NCBI GenBank assembly: GCA_041687695.1
Contig: JAWLBL010000011.1
Location: 64,001 to 128,000, forward strand
Direction: 5' to 3'
Origin: Myxococcota bacterium
GTDB lineage: Bacteria > Myxococcota_A > UBA9042 > PHBI01 > JAWLBL01
DNA: 64,000 nt
A program made the translations under genes and the position numbers. Below, one piece after another: positions 30,068 through 40,391 of this stretch. How positions within the stretch are numbered: position 1 is the first letter of the stretch; each line of letters opens with the position of its first letter. The notes below the pieces were generated by a model. The model was not told the origin of the DNA. It saw only the letters and a list, made by a program, of their open reading frames with translations, and did not search any database.

Positions 30068-33000
30068 ATGACCCGCGACATCCACCCCCTCTGGTCTCAG
30101 CCGATCGCGGCGGTGACCGCGCTGACCACCGCGTGGGGCCTGGTCGTGGCAGCCCCGCAAGAGGTCCGCGCCGCCGAGCCCGACGTGGCCAACGCGATCC
30201 GCGCCGTCGAGGTGGACGAGCAGTCCGACCGAACGGTGATCCGCGTCGAGGCGGCGAGCCGCCCGACCTTCACCGTGTTCAAGCTGAGCGATCCGATGCG
30301 GCTGTTCATCGACATCGTCGACGGCGACGTGTCGGCGATCGCGGCGGCGACGGACGTGCGCAACGGGGTCGTGGCGCGGATCACGGCGCAGCAGCAGACG
30401 GCCGGCGACGCGACCATCGGGCGGCTGGTCATCGGCTTCGATCAGGACGCCAGCTACGACATCCGCACCGAGGGGGCGACCCTGCTGGTGATCGTGGACG
30501 GGGCGGGGCGCACGCGGCCGGATCTGCGGCTCAAGGCGGCCGAGGCCGAGGCGCAGCGGATCGAGAAGGCCCTCGAGCGCGAGCGGCAGCTGCTGGCGCA
30601 GCTCAAGGCGGCGCGGCTCGAGGAGGAGCGGCTGCAGCGCCAGGCCGTAGCGGCGCGCGGGCAGGAGGAGAGCCTGACCCAGCAGGTGCAGTCGGCGCGG
30701 GCCGAGGCCGAGCGGCTGAGCGACATCGCGCGCATCGAGGCCGATCGGATGATGAAGGAGCTCGAGGCGCTCAAGAAGAAGCGCTCGCTCGAGCAGGAGA
30801 AGGCGGACGCGCTGGCGCGGGCCATCGAGGCCGACACGGCGCGCAAGGCGGCGCTGGTCGAGGAGCGCAAGGCGGCCGAGAAGCTGAAGGCGGCCACCGA
30901 GCGGGCGCTCGAGCAGGAGAAGGCGCGCCTGGCGGCGATCGGGGCGGCCCAGAAGCGGGCCGAGGCCGAGCGCGAGGCGGCGGTGGCGGCGGTCAAGGCG
31001 GCGCGCGAGCGCGAGGCGGCGGCCCAGCGGGTGAGCGAGGCCAAAGCGCGCGGCGAGTCGGCCCGGATCCGCGAGCTGAGCGTCGAGCTGCAAAAGCGCG
31101 AGGAGGCGCTGACCCGAGCGAACACCACGCTGACCAAGCACCAGAAGGCGCTGGAGGAGGCGCAGCTGGCGCAGGCGCAGGCCGAGGCGCGGCTGAAGAA
31201 GGCCAACGACGACAAGCTCGCGCGGGAGGCCGAGCGGCGCCAGGCGGCCGAGGAGGCGCTGGCGATGGAGCGGACGCGGGTCAAGGCGCTGCAGGAGGCG
31301 CTGGCGGCCAAGGACTCGGTCGAGGCCAGGCGGCGGGCGCAGATCACGGGCGCGAGCGACCGGGCGCAGCAGCAGCTGGCGGAGCTCGAGCGCAAGCTCG
31401 AGGCGCAGCGCAAGTCGGTGGCGGCGGCGCAGGAGCAGACCGAGGTCGAGCAGGCGCGCATCGCGCTGCTCAAGGACCAGCTCGAGAGCGAGCAGGCGAG
31501 CCTCGAGCGGCTCCGAAAGGAGCGGGCGGGCGAGGAGGCGCGGGTCGCGACCCTGAAGCAGGAGGTCGCCGGGCTCGAGAAGGCGCGGCAGGCGGCGATC
31601 GAGGCGCGGGTGCAGGCCGAGGCGATGCGCAAGGCCGAGGAGGCGCGCAACGCGGAGGCGGCGCGGCAGGCCGGGCAGGCGCTGAAGAAGGTGGCGGACG
31701 CCGAGCGGCAGGCGGCCGAGGCGGTCAAGAAGGCCGAGGCGGCGCGGCGTGAGGCGGCGAAGGCCGAGGCGCGCGGGGACGCGGCGGCGGCGGCGGCGGT
31801 GGCGCGGGCCAACGAGGCCGAGCGCAAGGCGAGCGAGGCCGAGGCGCGGGCGCGTGAGGCGGCGGCCGGCGAGCAGCGGGCGCGGCAGGCGGCGCAGCGC
31901 GAGGCGGCCGAGGCGGCGCGGCGGGCGGCGGAGGCCGAGCAGAAGCTGGCGGCGGCCGAGCGGCGGGCGCAGGAGCTGGCGGAGGCGGCCGGCAAGACGG
32001 ACGCGGCGGCGGTGCGGGAGGCCAAGGCGGCCAAGCAGCGGGCCGAGGAGGCCGAGCGGCGGGCGGCCGAGGCGACGCGGCGCATCGCGGCGGCGGACGC
32101 GCAGGTCATGCAGGCGCAGCAGCGGGCCGATGCGGCCGAGGCGAAGGCGCAGGCGGCCGAGCGGCGGGCCGAGGCGGCCGAGCAGGCGCACGCGGACGCG
32201 GCGAAGGCACGGGCGGAGCTGGCCGAGCTGGCGGCGCGGCCGGTGGTGCGCGACATCAGCTTCAAGGAGGCGGGCGCGGCCGGCGAGGTGCGGGTGGCGC
32301 TGACCGGAGCGACCAAGCACGAGATCGTGCGCCACGGCGGGCGGCGGCTGGAGCTGCGGCTGAAGTCGGCGACCATCCCGGCGGCGCTCGAGCGCAGCCT
32401 GGACACGACCGAGCTGAAGGGGCCGGTCAAGCTGGTGTCCAGCTTCCGCGCGGTGGACGACCCGAGCGTGGTCCGCATCGTGGTGGACCTGCGTGAGGAC
32501 GCCATCGACGACGTGCGCGTCGACGGCGACGCCCTGGTGTGGGCCTTCACGCCGCGCGCCGAGGTGGCGCGACCGGCGGTGGCGCAGGCTCCGGCCGCGC
32601 CCAAGCAGGTCCCGGGCCGGCGCACGCCGCCGGGCGTGCACACCTACCCGGGCGCCGTGGCGGCCCAGGGCGGGGCGGTCCCGGGCGACACCGGCGCGGC
32701 CGCGCGTCAGATCCAGAACCGGCGCCGCCGCGCGGCCCAGCGCCAGTACACGGGCAAGAAGATCAACCTGACCATCAAGGACGCCGACATCCAGCACGTC
32801 CTGACCTTCCTCGCCAAGGAGGGCGGCGTGAACATCGTCGCCAGCGAGAAGGTGCGCGGGAAGGTGACCTTCCACCTCGAGAACGTGCCCTGGGATCTGG
32901 CCCTGGACATGATCCTCAAGACCCAGGGCTACGACTACGTGCGTGAGGCGGGCGTCATCCGCGTCGCCCCGGCGGCGGACATCCAGGCCGAGTTCGAGGC

Positions 33001-34051
33001 GGAGCTGAAGAAGAAGACGGTCATCAGTGGCCTCAAGCCCATGGTGGTCCGCTTCATCACGGTCAACTACGCCGACCTGCCCAAGCTCAAGGAGCACATC
33101 GCGACGGTGCTGAGCAAGAGCGGCACGGTCTCGGTGGATCAGGCGACCTCGACCCTCATCGTCAAGGACATCGAGGAGCACGTGCAGGCCGCCGAGGACA
33201 TCGTGCGGCGCCTCGACGTGCAGCTGCCGCAGGTGCTCATCGAGGCGCGCATCGTCGAGGCCTCGACCAGCTTCTCGCAGGAGTTCGGCGTGCAGTGGGG
33301 CGGCAACTTCATCATGGCGCCCGCCTTCGGCAACCCGACCGGTCTCGCCTTCCCGTCGATCGTCGGCGTCTCGGGCGGCGCCGACGACCCGGCCGCCCCG
33401 ACCGGCGGCATCCTGGCGGCCAACCCGAACTTCGCGGTGAACCTGCCGGCCGCCGCGGGCGCCGGGGCCGGTGGCGCCATCGGCCTGACCCTGGGCAGCC
33501 TGGGCGGCGCGGCCAACCTGAACCTGCGCCTGTCCGCCGCCGAGGACACGGGCTCCGTCAAGATCGTCAGCGCCCCAAAGATCCTGACCCTGGACGGCCA
33601 GAAGGCCATCATCCAGCAGGGCATCTCGGTGCCGATCTCGGTCGTCAGCGCCAACGGCGTGAACACGCAGTTCTTCAACGCCGACCTCAAGCTCGAGGTG
33701 CTGACCAACTCGTCGCCGGACGGCAACATCCGGCTCGATCTGGACATCACCAAGAACGAGCCCGACTTCGGCCAGGTCTCGGCCACCGGCGCGCCGGCCA
33801 TCCAGAAGAAGGAGGCCCACACCTCGCTGCTGGTCCGGGACGGTGAGACTACGGTGATCGGTGGTATTTTCACCCGCAACACGGGGCGGTCGGAGGCGCG
33901 CGTGCCGTTCTTCTCGAAGATCCCCATCCTCGGCTGGTTCTTCAAGAACACCCGCGAGACCGACAACCGCACCGAGCTGCTGATCTTCATCACCCCGCGC
34001 ATCGCCAACCGGCGCGCCAGCGTCGTGCAGGGCGGCGCGGGCGGGCTCTGA
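30068..34051 (+). CDS. pilQ: Type IV pilus secretin PilQ with long helical insertion
   Basis: AMIN domain (FKLSDPMRLFIDI), second AMIN, YTGKKINL N0, VPWDLALD, PQVLIEARIVE, VRDGETTVIGG, VPFFSKIPILGWFFK, ELLIFITP. Confidence 0.95.
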   Translation: MTRDIHPLWSQPIAAVTALTTAWGLVVAAPQEVRAAEPDVANAIRAVEVDEQSDRTVIRVEAASRPTFTVFKLSDPMRLFIDIVDGDVSAIAAATDVRNGVVARITAQQQTAGDATIGRLVIGFDQDASYDIRTEGATLLVIVDGAGRTRPDLRLKAAEAEAQRIEKALERERQLLAQLKAARLEEERLQRQAVAARGQEESLTQQVQSARAEAERLSDIARIEADRMMKELEALKKKRSLEQEKADALARAIEADTARKAALVEERKAAEKLKAATERALEQEKARLAAIGAAQKRAEAEREAAVAAVKAAREREAAAQRVSEAKARGESARIRELSVELQKREEALTRANTTLTKHQKALEEAQLAQAQAEARLKKANDDKLAREAERRQAAEEALAMERTRVKALQEALAAKDSVEARRRAQITGASDRAQQQLAELERKLEAQRKSVAAAQEQTEVEQARIALLKDQLESEQASLERLRKERAGEEARVATLKQEVAGLEKARQAAIEARVQAEAMRKAEEARNAEAARQAGQALKKVADAERQAAEAVKKAEAARREAAKAEARGDAAAAAAVARANEAERKASEAEARAREAAAGEQRARQAAQREAAEAARRAAEAEQKLAAAERRAQELAEAAGKTDAAAVREAKAAKQRAEEAERRAAEATRRIAAADAQVMQAQQRADAAEAKAQAAERRAEAAEQAHADAAKARAELAELAARPVVRDISFKEAGAAGEVRVALTGATKHEIVRHGGRRLELRLKSATIPAALERSLDTTELKGPVKLVSSFRAVDDPSVVRIVVDLREDAIDDVRVDGDALVWAFTPRAEVARPAVAQAPAAPKQVPGRRTPPGVHTYPGAVAAQGGAVPGDTGAAARQIQNRRRRAAQRQYTGKKINLTIKDADIQHVLTFLAKEGGVNIVASEKVRGKVTFHLENVPWDLALDMILKTQGYDYVREAGVIRVAPAADIQAEFEAELKKKTVISGLKPMVVRFITVNYADLPKLKEHIATVLSKSGTVSVDQATSTLIVKDIEEHVQAAEDIVRRLDVQLPQVLIEARIVEASTSFSQEFGVQWGGNFIMAPAFGNPTGLAFPSIVGVSGGADDPAAPTGGILAANPNFAVNLPAAAGAGAGGAIGLTLGSLGGAANLNLRLSAAEDTGSVKIVSAPKILTLDGQKAIIQQGISVPISVVSANGVNTQFFNADLKLEVLTNSSPDGNIRLDLDITKNEPDFGQVSATGAPAIQKKEAHTSLLVRDGETTVIGGIFTRNTGRSEARVPFFSKIPILGWFFKNTRETDNRTELLIFITPRIANRRASVVQGGAGGL

Positions 34052-34076
34052 GGAGAGCCCCGAGGTCGTCCGCCGT

Positions 34077-35720
34077 ATGCGCTTCGTCACCCTCATCGGC
34101 CTCATGGGCGCCGGCAAGTCGACCGTGGCCCGCGTCCTCGCGGCCCGGTGGGGGTGGCAGGCGATGGATCTCGACGCCTACGTCGAGGCGCGCGAGAACG
34201 CGACCGTCGCGCAGCTCTTCGGGGCGCGCGGCGAGCACGGCTTCCGGCAGGCCGAGGCCGCCGCGCTGACCGACGCCCTGCAGGGCCGGCGCCGCCTCCT
34301 GTCGACCGGCGGCGGCGCCCCGACCGCGCCCGGCGCGATGGACGCCATCCTGGCGGCGGGCCCGGCGGTCTGGCTCGACGGCTCGCCCCGGGTCCTGGCC
34401 GAGCGCGCCACCGCGCAGGGCGGCCGCCCCCTGCTCGCCGGCCGCGACCCCGAGGCCGCCGCGCAGGTCCTCGAGCTGCAGCTGCGGACCCGCCGCGCCC
34501 ACTACCAGCGCGCCACCGCCCGCGTGAGCGTCGACGGCAAGACCCCCGAGCAGGTCGCCGACGCGGTCGAGGAGGCCCTCGCCGCCGCCGGGCACTCGCC
34601 GGGCCGCCGCCTCGACGTGGCGCTGGGCGATCGCACCTACCCCATCCATCTGATCGACGACCTGCCGGGCGCCCTGGTCGCGGACGTCGCGCGCCACCTG
34701 CGCCCCCGGCCGGGCGTCGCGGTCGTCGTCACCGACGCCAACGTCGGTCCGCTGTACGCCGCCGAGGTGACGGACGCCCTGACCGCCGCCGGCTTCCGCG
34801 CGCCCGTCCTGACCCTGCCCGCCGGCGAGGCGACCAAGTCCCTCGAGTCCCTCGGCCGCGTGCTCGACTTCGCGTTCGCCCACCAGGCCAGCCGCCGCGA
34901 TCTGCTGATCGCCCTCGGCGGCGGCGTGGTCGGCGACGTCACGGGCTTCGCGGCGGCGGTGCTGCACCGCGGCGTCGACTTCGTCCAGATCCCCACCAGC
35001 CTGCTCGCCCAGGTCGACAGCTCGGTCGGCGGCAAGACCGGCGTCAACCACGCCACGGGCAAGAACCTCATCGGCGCCTTCTGGCAGCCGCGCGCGGTCG
35101 TCGCCAGCCAGCGCGTCCTGCGCACCCTGCCCGAGCGCGAGGTGCGCGGCGGGCTCGCCGAGGCGCTCAAGCACGGCCTCATCGCCGACGCGCGGCTGGC
35201 GACCTGGTGCAGCGAGCACGCGCCGCGTCTGCGCGCCCTCGAGCCCGACGCCGTCGCCCACCTGGTCGAGGCCTGCTGTCGCATCAAGGCCGACGTGGTC
35301 GCCAGCGACGAGCGCGAGGGCGGCCGCCGCGCCGTCCTCAACTTCGGCCACACCTTTGGCCACGCCTACGAGAAGCTGCTGGGTTACGGCACGCTCACCC
35401 ACGGCGAGGCGGTCGCCCTGGGCATGGTGCTGGCGGCTCACCTCTCCGAGGCCTTCGCCGACGCCCCCCGCGGCACCGCGGCCGTCGTCCGCGGCCTGCT
35501 CGCCGACCTCGGGCTGCCCCACGATCCGCGCGCCCCCGGCCTGCCGGGGCTGCGCGATCTCGTCGACGCGGCGCACACCGACAAGAAGGCCCACGGAAAA
35601 TCGGTGGGCTTCGTGTTGCTCCCGCGCATCGGCTCCGTCTTGATTCGGGAACTCCACTGGCGCCACATTGAAAACGCTCTCGCGCCCGTCTTCGACGGCG
35701 GCGCGGCCCGGGAGCGGTAG
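34077..35720 (+). CDS. aroB: Shikimate kinase / 3-dehydroquinate synthase fusion (AroK-AroB)
   Basis: GLMGAGKST in the N-terminal part; ALGGGVVGD, PTSLLAQVDSSVGGKTG, LNFGHTFGH and HGEAV in the C-terminal part. Confidence 0.93.
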   Translation: MRFVTLIGLMGAGKSTVARVLAARWGWQAMDLDAYVEARENATVAQLFGARGEHGFRQAEAAALTDALQGRRRLLSTGGGAPTAPGAMDAILAAGPAVWLDGSPRVLAERATAQGGRPLLAGRDPEAAAQVLELQLRTRRAHYQRATARVSVDGKTPEQVADAVEEALAAAGHSPGRRLDVALGDRTYPIHLIDDLPGALVADVARHLRPRPGVAVVVTDANVGPLYAAEVTDALTAAGFRAPVLTLPAGEATKSLESLGRVLDFAFAHQASRRDLLIALGGGVVGDVTGFAAAVLHRGVDFVQIPTSLLAQVDSSVGGKTGVNHATGKNLIGAFWQPRAVVASQRVLRTLPEREVRGGLAEALKHGLIADARLATWCSEHAPRLRALEPDAVAHLVEACCRIKADVVASDEREGGRRAVLNFGHTFGHAYEKLLGYGTLTHGEAVALGMVLAAHLSEAFADAPRGTAAVVRGLLADLGLPHDPRAPGLPGLRDLVDAAHTDKKAHGKSVGFVLLPRIGSVLIRELHWRHIENALAPVFDGGAARER

Positions 35721-35736
35721 CTTGAAGGGTCAACGC

Positions 35737-36672
35737 ATGCGCACCTCGATTCTGCTTCGTACGACGGCGCTCGCCGGGCTGCTGATGACCGGCGCCGCCG
35801 CCTGTGACCTGGGCTCCAACCCGCCCGCGCTCATCATCCGGGGCAACCAGGTGCCCGAGAAGACCGAGCAGGGCTGCGCCATCCCCACCGGCGGCGGCGG
35901 CCAGCAGCAGTTCTGGCTCGCCGGCCGGCTCGACCTCGCGGTCGGCTCGCGCTACCGGGCGTTCCTGTCGGTGCAGAACAACTTCCCGACCCTGCAGAAC
36001 CTGACCGGGTTCGAGCCGACCGACGCGCGCCTCGAGGCGGGCACGATCCTGCTGACCCACGCCGAGCTGACCTACCGCATCTCGCAGGCGGCGGTCCTCG
36101 AGGCCTTCGCAGCCCACGACGCGGCCGGGACCCTCGAGGGGCTGGGCATCCCGCTCGACGCGAGCCTGCCCACCACGGTCAACATCACCGGCACCATCCC
36201 GCCGCAGAGCTTCAACGCCGTGCAGATCGACCTCATCCCGGCCAACCACGGCATCCTCCTGCGCGGCCTGCCGGGCCTCGCCGACGGCGGTCAGATCCAG
36301 GTCGTGGTCGACGTCGAGCTGGTCGGCACCCGCGTCGACGGGTCCGAGATCCGCTCCGGCATCTGGTCCTTCCCCATCACCCTGTGCAACGGCTGCGGCG
36401 TCTCCTTCGCCTTCCCCGAGGCCATCGCCACCCGCCCCTTCACGCACCCGAGCCTGGATCAGCCGCTGACGGCCGAGCAGATCGGCACCCCCTGCACTCC
36501 GGGCGTCGACGAGAACGTCAGCAACGCCTTCTGCGGCGCCTTCTGGGGCCCCGAGTCGGGCGGCGGCGGCAACACCTGCAAGCTCAACCGCTGCTTCGGC
36601 CGCGGCGGCGACCTCCCCGGCACGCTGATCTGCACCTCGGACGTCGCGGCCATCCCGGCCCCGGTCCCCTGA
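35737..36672 (+). CDS. Cys-containing lipoprotein
   Basis: Lipobox AAAC; FPITLCNGC and further cysteines; similar genes follow pilQ in myxobacteria (from recollection). Confidence 0.7.
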   Translation: MRTSILLRTTALAGLLMTGAAACDLGSNPPALIIRGNQVPEKTEQGCAIPTGGGGQQQFWLAGRLDLAVGSRYRAFLSVQNNFPTLQNLTGFEPTDARLEAGTILLTHAELTYRISQAAVLEAFAAHDAAGTLEGLGIPLDASLPTTVNITGTIPPQSFNAVQIDLIPANHGILLRGLPGLADGGQIQVVVDVELVGTRVDGSEIRSGIWSFPITLCNGCGVSFAFPEAIATRPFTHPSLDQPLTAEQIGTPCTPGVDENVSNAFCGAFWGPESGGGGNTCKLNRCFGRGGDLPGTLICTSDVAAIPAPVP

Positions 36673-36683
36673 GGACGCGATCG

Positions 36684-36935
36684 TTGGCCTCGCCGCGCGG
36701 CATCCAGACGGCGACCCTGGCGGAGATCTACGTCCGCCAGGGTCACCTCGATCGCGCGATCGGCATCTACGAAGATCTCCTGCGCCAGCGGCCCGACGAC
36801 AGGCAGCTGGCGCGGCGCCTGGCCGAGATCCGGTCCAAGCAGGCCGACGCCGGGGCCGCCGACGTGCACCGGCGGCGCCTCGAGCGGCTGCGGATGCTGC
36901 TGACGCGCGTGCGCGAGCGGCGGCGCGAGGGGTGA
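36684..36935 (+). CDS. Small TPR-like protein
   Basis: TTG after [29 protein letters not shown]. Confidence 0.7.
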   Translation: MASPRGIQTATLAEIYVRQGHLDRAIGIYEDLLRQRPDDRQLARRLAEIRSKQADAGAADVHRRRLERLRMLLTRVRERRREG

Positions 36936-36939
36936 GGGC

Positions 36940-37437
36940 GTGAGCGACGGGACGGGGCAGGGCGGGGCGACGCCGCTGCGTGTTCGGGTGCTGCACGGCC
37001 CGAACCTGAACCTGCTGGGGCGGCGCGAGCCGGGGCTGTACGGCGCTGTGACGCTCGCCGACATCGACCGGCGGCTGGCCGATCTCGCGGCGGAGCTGGG
37101 GGCGGTGGTGCGCGCCTCGCAGCACAACGACGAGGGCGGGCTGGTCGAGGCCATCCAGGCGACGCTCGACGACGGCTCGGACGCCATCCTGATCAACCCG
37201 GCCGCCTACACGCACACCTCGATCGCCATCCGGGACGCGCTGCTCGCCGTGGGCCTGCCCACGGTCGAGGTCCACCTGACCAACACCCACGCGCGCGAGC
37301 CGTTCCGCCACCACAGCACCATCGCGGACGTGGCCCTGGCCCGGGTCATGGGCTTCGGGGCCGACAGCTACCTGCTGGGCCTGCGTGGGCTGGTCGGGCT
37401 GGCGACGCGCGCCGGCGCCGGGGCGAGCCCGCGGTGA
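36940..37437 (+). CDS. aroQ: Type II 3-dehydroquinate dehydratase
   Basis: [39 protein letters not shown]. Confidence 0.96.
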   Translation: MSDGTGQGGATPLRVRVLHGPNLNLLGRREPGLYGAVTLADIDRRLADLAAELGAVVRASQHNDEGGLVEAIQATLDDGSDAILINPAAYTHTSIAIRDALLAVGLPTVEVHLTNTHAREPFRHHSTIADVALARVMGFGADSYLLGLRGLVGLATRAGAGASPR

Positions 37438-37569
37438 GGCCGGGGTCGGGTCCGGGGCGCGCGCGATTTCGTTCTTTTCTGCGTGATCTCGCCGCCATCG
37501 GTAGCGCAGGCCCGCGAGGGCTGGTAGGTTAGGCCCACTCGGCCCGAGGGGCCGGGACGGACTCGCTGA

Positions 37570-39165
37570 ATGGGTGAAGGCGCCGTGACGAAGGGCAACA
37601 AGGAAAAGCTTCAGCAGACCGCTCAGAAGTACATCAGCAAGGGCCTCTACAAGAAGGCGATCGGCGAGTACGAGAAGATCGTCAAGGAGGACCCCGAGGA
37701 CATCCGCGCGCGGCTCAAGCTCGCGGATCTGTACTTCAAGCAAAAGGAGCTCGACCGCGCGGTCCAGACCTTCATGGAGTGCGCCGGCTTCTACGAGAAG
37801 CAGGGCTTCATGCAGAAGGCGGTCGCGGTCTACAAGCAGGTCATCGGCATCGTGCCCGATCGGCCCGAGCTCTACACCGCCCTCGCGGGCAACTACCAGA
37901 AGCTGGGGCTGCTCAACGAGGCGGCCGCGCAGCTCGGCGAGGCGCTCAAGGTCCTCGAGACCCGCGGCGATCAGGCGGCCAAGCTCGGCATCATCCGCCA
38001 GATGCTGGATCTGGACCCCGACAACCTGCCCGACCGCATCCGCCTCGCCGAGGCCTACAGCAAGCTGGGCAAGAACCTCGAGGCCGTGCGCGAGCTGCGC
38101 AAGGTCGCCGACGCCCTCGACAAGGCCGGCGACAGCCGCAGCTTCGAGCGCATCGCCGAGCGGCTGCTGTACCACCAGCCCGACGACGCGGCGATGGCCA
38201 AGAAGCTGGCCACGAGCTACCTCGACGCCGAGCAGCCGCAGCGCGCGCTGCCCAAGCTGAAGATCGCCTACAAGCAGTCGAGCCAGGACGTCGAGACGCT
38301 CGAGATGGTCGCGCGCTCCTTCGAGCAGCTCGGCCAGCTGCACAAGGCGGTGACCGTCCTGCGCGAGCTGGCGCGGGTGTACGGCAAGAGCGGCCTCGAG
38401 GCCGAGCGCGACGAGTGCTACTCGCGCATCCTGAACCTGGACCCGACCGACGAGTCGGCGCGCGAGGCGCTGGGCGAGACCGGCGAGGCCGCGGGCGACA
38501 CCATCGAGTTCGACAACGCCGAGGTCCGCGCCCGCTCGGGCGCCAAGGTGCCGACGACCCCGCCGGCCCCGCCGCGCGCCCCCTCGCATGCCAGGGTGCC
38601 GACGACCCCGCCGGCGCCGCCGCGCGCCCCCTCGCATGCCAGGGTGCCGACCGGACCGGTGGCGCCGCCGGCCGCCGTCGCCGACGACAGCGAGCTCGAC
38701 GACATGATCGCGGCCGCGTCCGGCCTGAAGAAGGCCGCCGCCCCGGTGCCGCCGGCGCCCCGGCCTGCGCCGCGTCCGGCCGCGCCGCCGGTCGCCAAGG
38801 CCCCGCCGCCCAAGGCCGTCGTGCCCGCCAAGGCGGCCGACGACCTCGACTGGGACGACGACGACGATGACGACGACGTCGGCTTCGGCGAGGGCACCGG
38901 CGAGCAGACGATGGTCGACAACCTGTTCATCCCGCCGGACGTGCTCAAGAAGGTGCAGGACGGGCTGGACTGGGCCAAGCCCAGCGAGGACACCGCCGGC
39001 CCCGAGCTGGACAAGGATCTGCGCGAGGAGCTGCGGGAGCTGGACTTCTACATCAAGAACGGCCTGAAGGACGAGGCGCTCGTCCTGGTCGGCGAGCTCA
39101 AGCAGAAGTACGGCAACCACCCGTCGGTGAGCGAGCGGGCGAGCCAGGTCGCGGGGATGGCCTGA
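37570..39165 (+). CDS. TPR protein resembling the N-terminal part of Myxococcus SgmX
   Basis: ~290 aa of TPRs (KGLYKKAIGEY...GFMQKAVAVYKQV...RALPKLK), Pro-rich linker, acidic stretch; downstream of pilQ. Start may be GTG 37585. Confidence 0.75.
   Translation: MGEGAVTKGNKEKLQQTAQKYISKGLYKKAIGEYEKIVKEDPEDIRARLKLADLYFKQKELDRAVQTFMECAGFYEKQGFMQKAVAVYKQVIGIVPDRPELYTALAGNYQKLGLLNEAAAQLGEALKVLETRGDQAAKLGIIRQMLDLDPDNLPDRIRLAEAYSKLGKNLEAVRELRKVADALDKAGDSRSFERIAERLLYHQPDDAAMAKKLATSYLDAEQPQRALPKLKIAYKQSSQDVETLEMVARSFEQLGQLHKAVTVLRELARVYGKSGLEAERDECYSRILNLDPTDESAREALGETGEAAGDTIEFDNAEVRARSGAKVPTTPPAPPRAPSHARVPTTPPAPPRAPSHARVPTGPVAPPAAVADDSELDDMIAAASGLKKAAAPVPPAPRPAPRPAAPPVAKAPPPKAVVPAKAADDLDWDDDDDDDDVGFGEGTGEQTMVDNLFIPPDVLKKVQDGLDWAKPSEDTAGPELDKDLREELRELDFYIKNGLKDEALVLVGELKQKYGNHPSVSERASQVAGMA
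38542..38652 (+). repeat. 48-bp coding repeat (ARVPTTPPAPPRAPSH), about 2.3 copies
   Basis: Visible in both DNA and translation. Confidence 0.8.
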
Positions 39166-39229
39166 GCCAGGGATCGGGGCGGCGTCGACCCCCGGCGCGC
39201 GGGCGCCGGGGTCCATTGGGGTACGAGCG

Positions 39230-40366
39230 ATGACGGATCGGGACGACGCGCTGCGGGTCGAGGAGCAGGCGCTCTTCGAGCAGGAGCAGGCGCTCATCGA
39301 GATGGAGGCGCAGCTGCACGCCCAGGAGGAGGGGCTCGCCCAGATGGAGCGGGCCTTCCTCAAGCGCAACCAGAGCCTCGTGCCGCTCCTGAGCTACGTG
39401 GCCGACCAGGAGAAGAGCCTGATCGGGCGCGCCGAGGCGATCGGCCCCAAGGCCAAGCGCCTGGCCGAGCAGCGCCTGAGCCAGCAGGGCGGGCAGGAGC
39501 TGCCGTCGGCGGCGCTGGGCAAGCTCGACGAGCGGGGTGTCCTGGTCGAGCGGCGGCGCGAGCTGCTGGCGGCGCGGATGGAGCTCATCGAGGAGCGCGA
39601 GTCGCTGTACGCGGGGCGGCTCGAGCTGCTCGAGGGCGCCGACGCGCGCTTCGGCAACCTGCAGGACAAGCTGCTCGCCCGCGAGAAGGTCATCACCGAG
39701 ACGCTGCGCGAGCTGATCACGCGCGCCTCGGATCTGTCGACCGACGAGGGGGACGACAGCGACGACGAGGACCCGCACCCAGCGGGCTCGCGACCGGCCC
39801 CCATGCCGCGCCCGCAGGTCGCCCAGGCCCGCCAGCCCGCGACCGACGAGCGCATCCCCCCGAACCTGAACGCGCCCCGCAAGACCGAGCGCGAGCGTGA
39901 GTCTCTCGTCGTCTCGCGCGGCCCGATGACGGTCACGGCGGGGCAGGTCGAGGGCGGCGGCGGCGGCGCCCGGGTCTCGAGCCCGTCGCGGGCCGAGGAC
40001 CAGGCGGCGCTCAAGCGACGCGGCGCGCCCATCGGCGCGGCGCACCAGTTCCGGATCACGCTCGAGGCCGTCCTCGGGCCCGGCGAGAAGCACACCTTCT
40101 TCCGCTACCGCGACGACGGCCCCGAGGACCTGCCGGGGCTGTTCCTCTCGACGCCCAACCTGCTCAAGGAGGGGCGCGAGGTGAAGGTGAAGATTAAGTT
40201 CGACGACGGGGCGCTGCTCGAGACGATGGGTGTCGTCTCTTGGCGGCGGCTGCCGAGCGAGAAGCAGGGGCCGCCGGGCATGGGCATCGAGCTAGCGAGC
40301 CTGTCGGGCGGCGAGAAGGCCAAGCTGGGCGACTGGCTCAAGCGCAACCCGCCGGTCGTGGTCTGA
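39230..40366 (+). CDS. Coiled-coil protein with C-terminal PilZ-like domain
   Basis: Glu/Leu-rich heptads, then GLFLST...GVVSWRR...PGMGIEL. Confidence 0.75.
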   Translation: MTDRDDALRVEEQALFEQEQALIEMEAQLHAQEEGLAQMERAFLKRNQSLVPLLSYVADQEKSLIGRAEAIGPKAKRLAEQRLSQQGGQELPSAALGKLDERGVLVERRRELLAARMELIEERESLYAGRLELLEGADARFGNLQDKLLAREKVITETLRELITRASDLSTDEGDDSDDEDPHPAGSRPAPMPRPQVAQARQPATDERIPPNLNAPRKTERERESLVVSRGPMTVTAGQVEGGGGGARVSSPSRAEDQAALKRRGAPIGAAHQFRITLEAVLGPGEKHTFFRYRDDGPEDLPGLFLSTPNLLKEGREVKVKIKFDDGALLETMGVVSWRRLPSEKQGPPGMGIELASLSGGEKAKLGDWLKRNPPVVV

Positions 40367-40391
40367 GACCGCGAGGCAGGAGGACACAGCG

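Noticed and set aside
34077..37437. aroK-aroB fusion and aro genes next to pilQ as a novelty
   Set aside because: Both the fusion and the pilQ-aroK-aroB linkage are well known.
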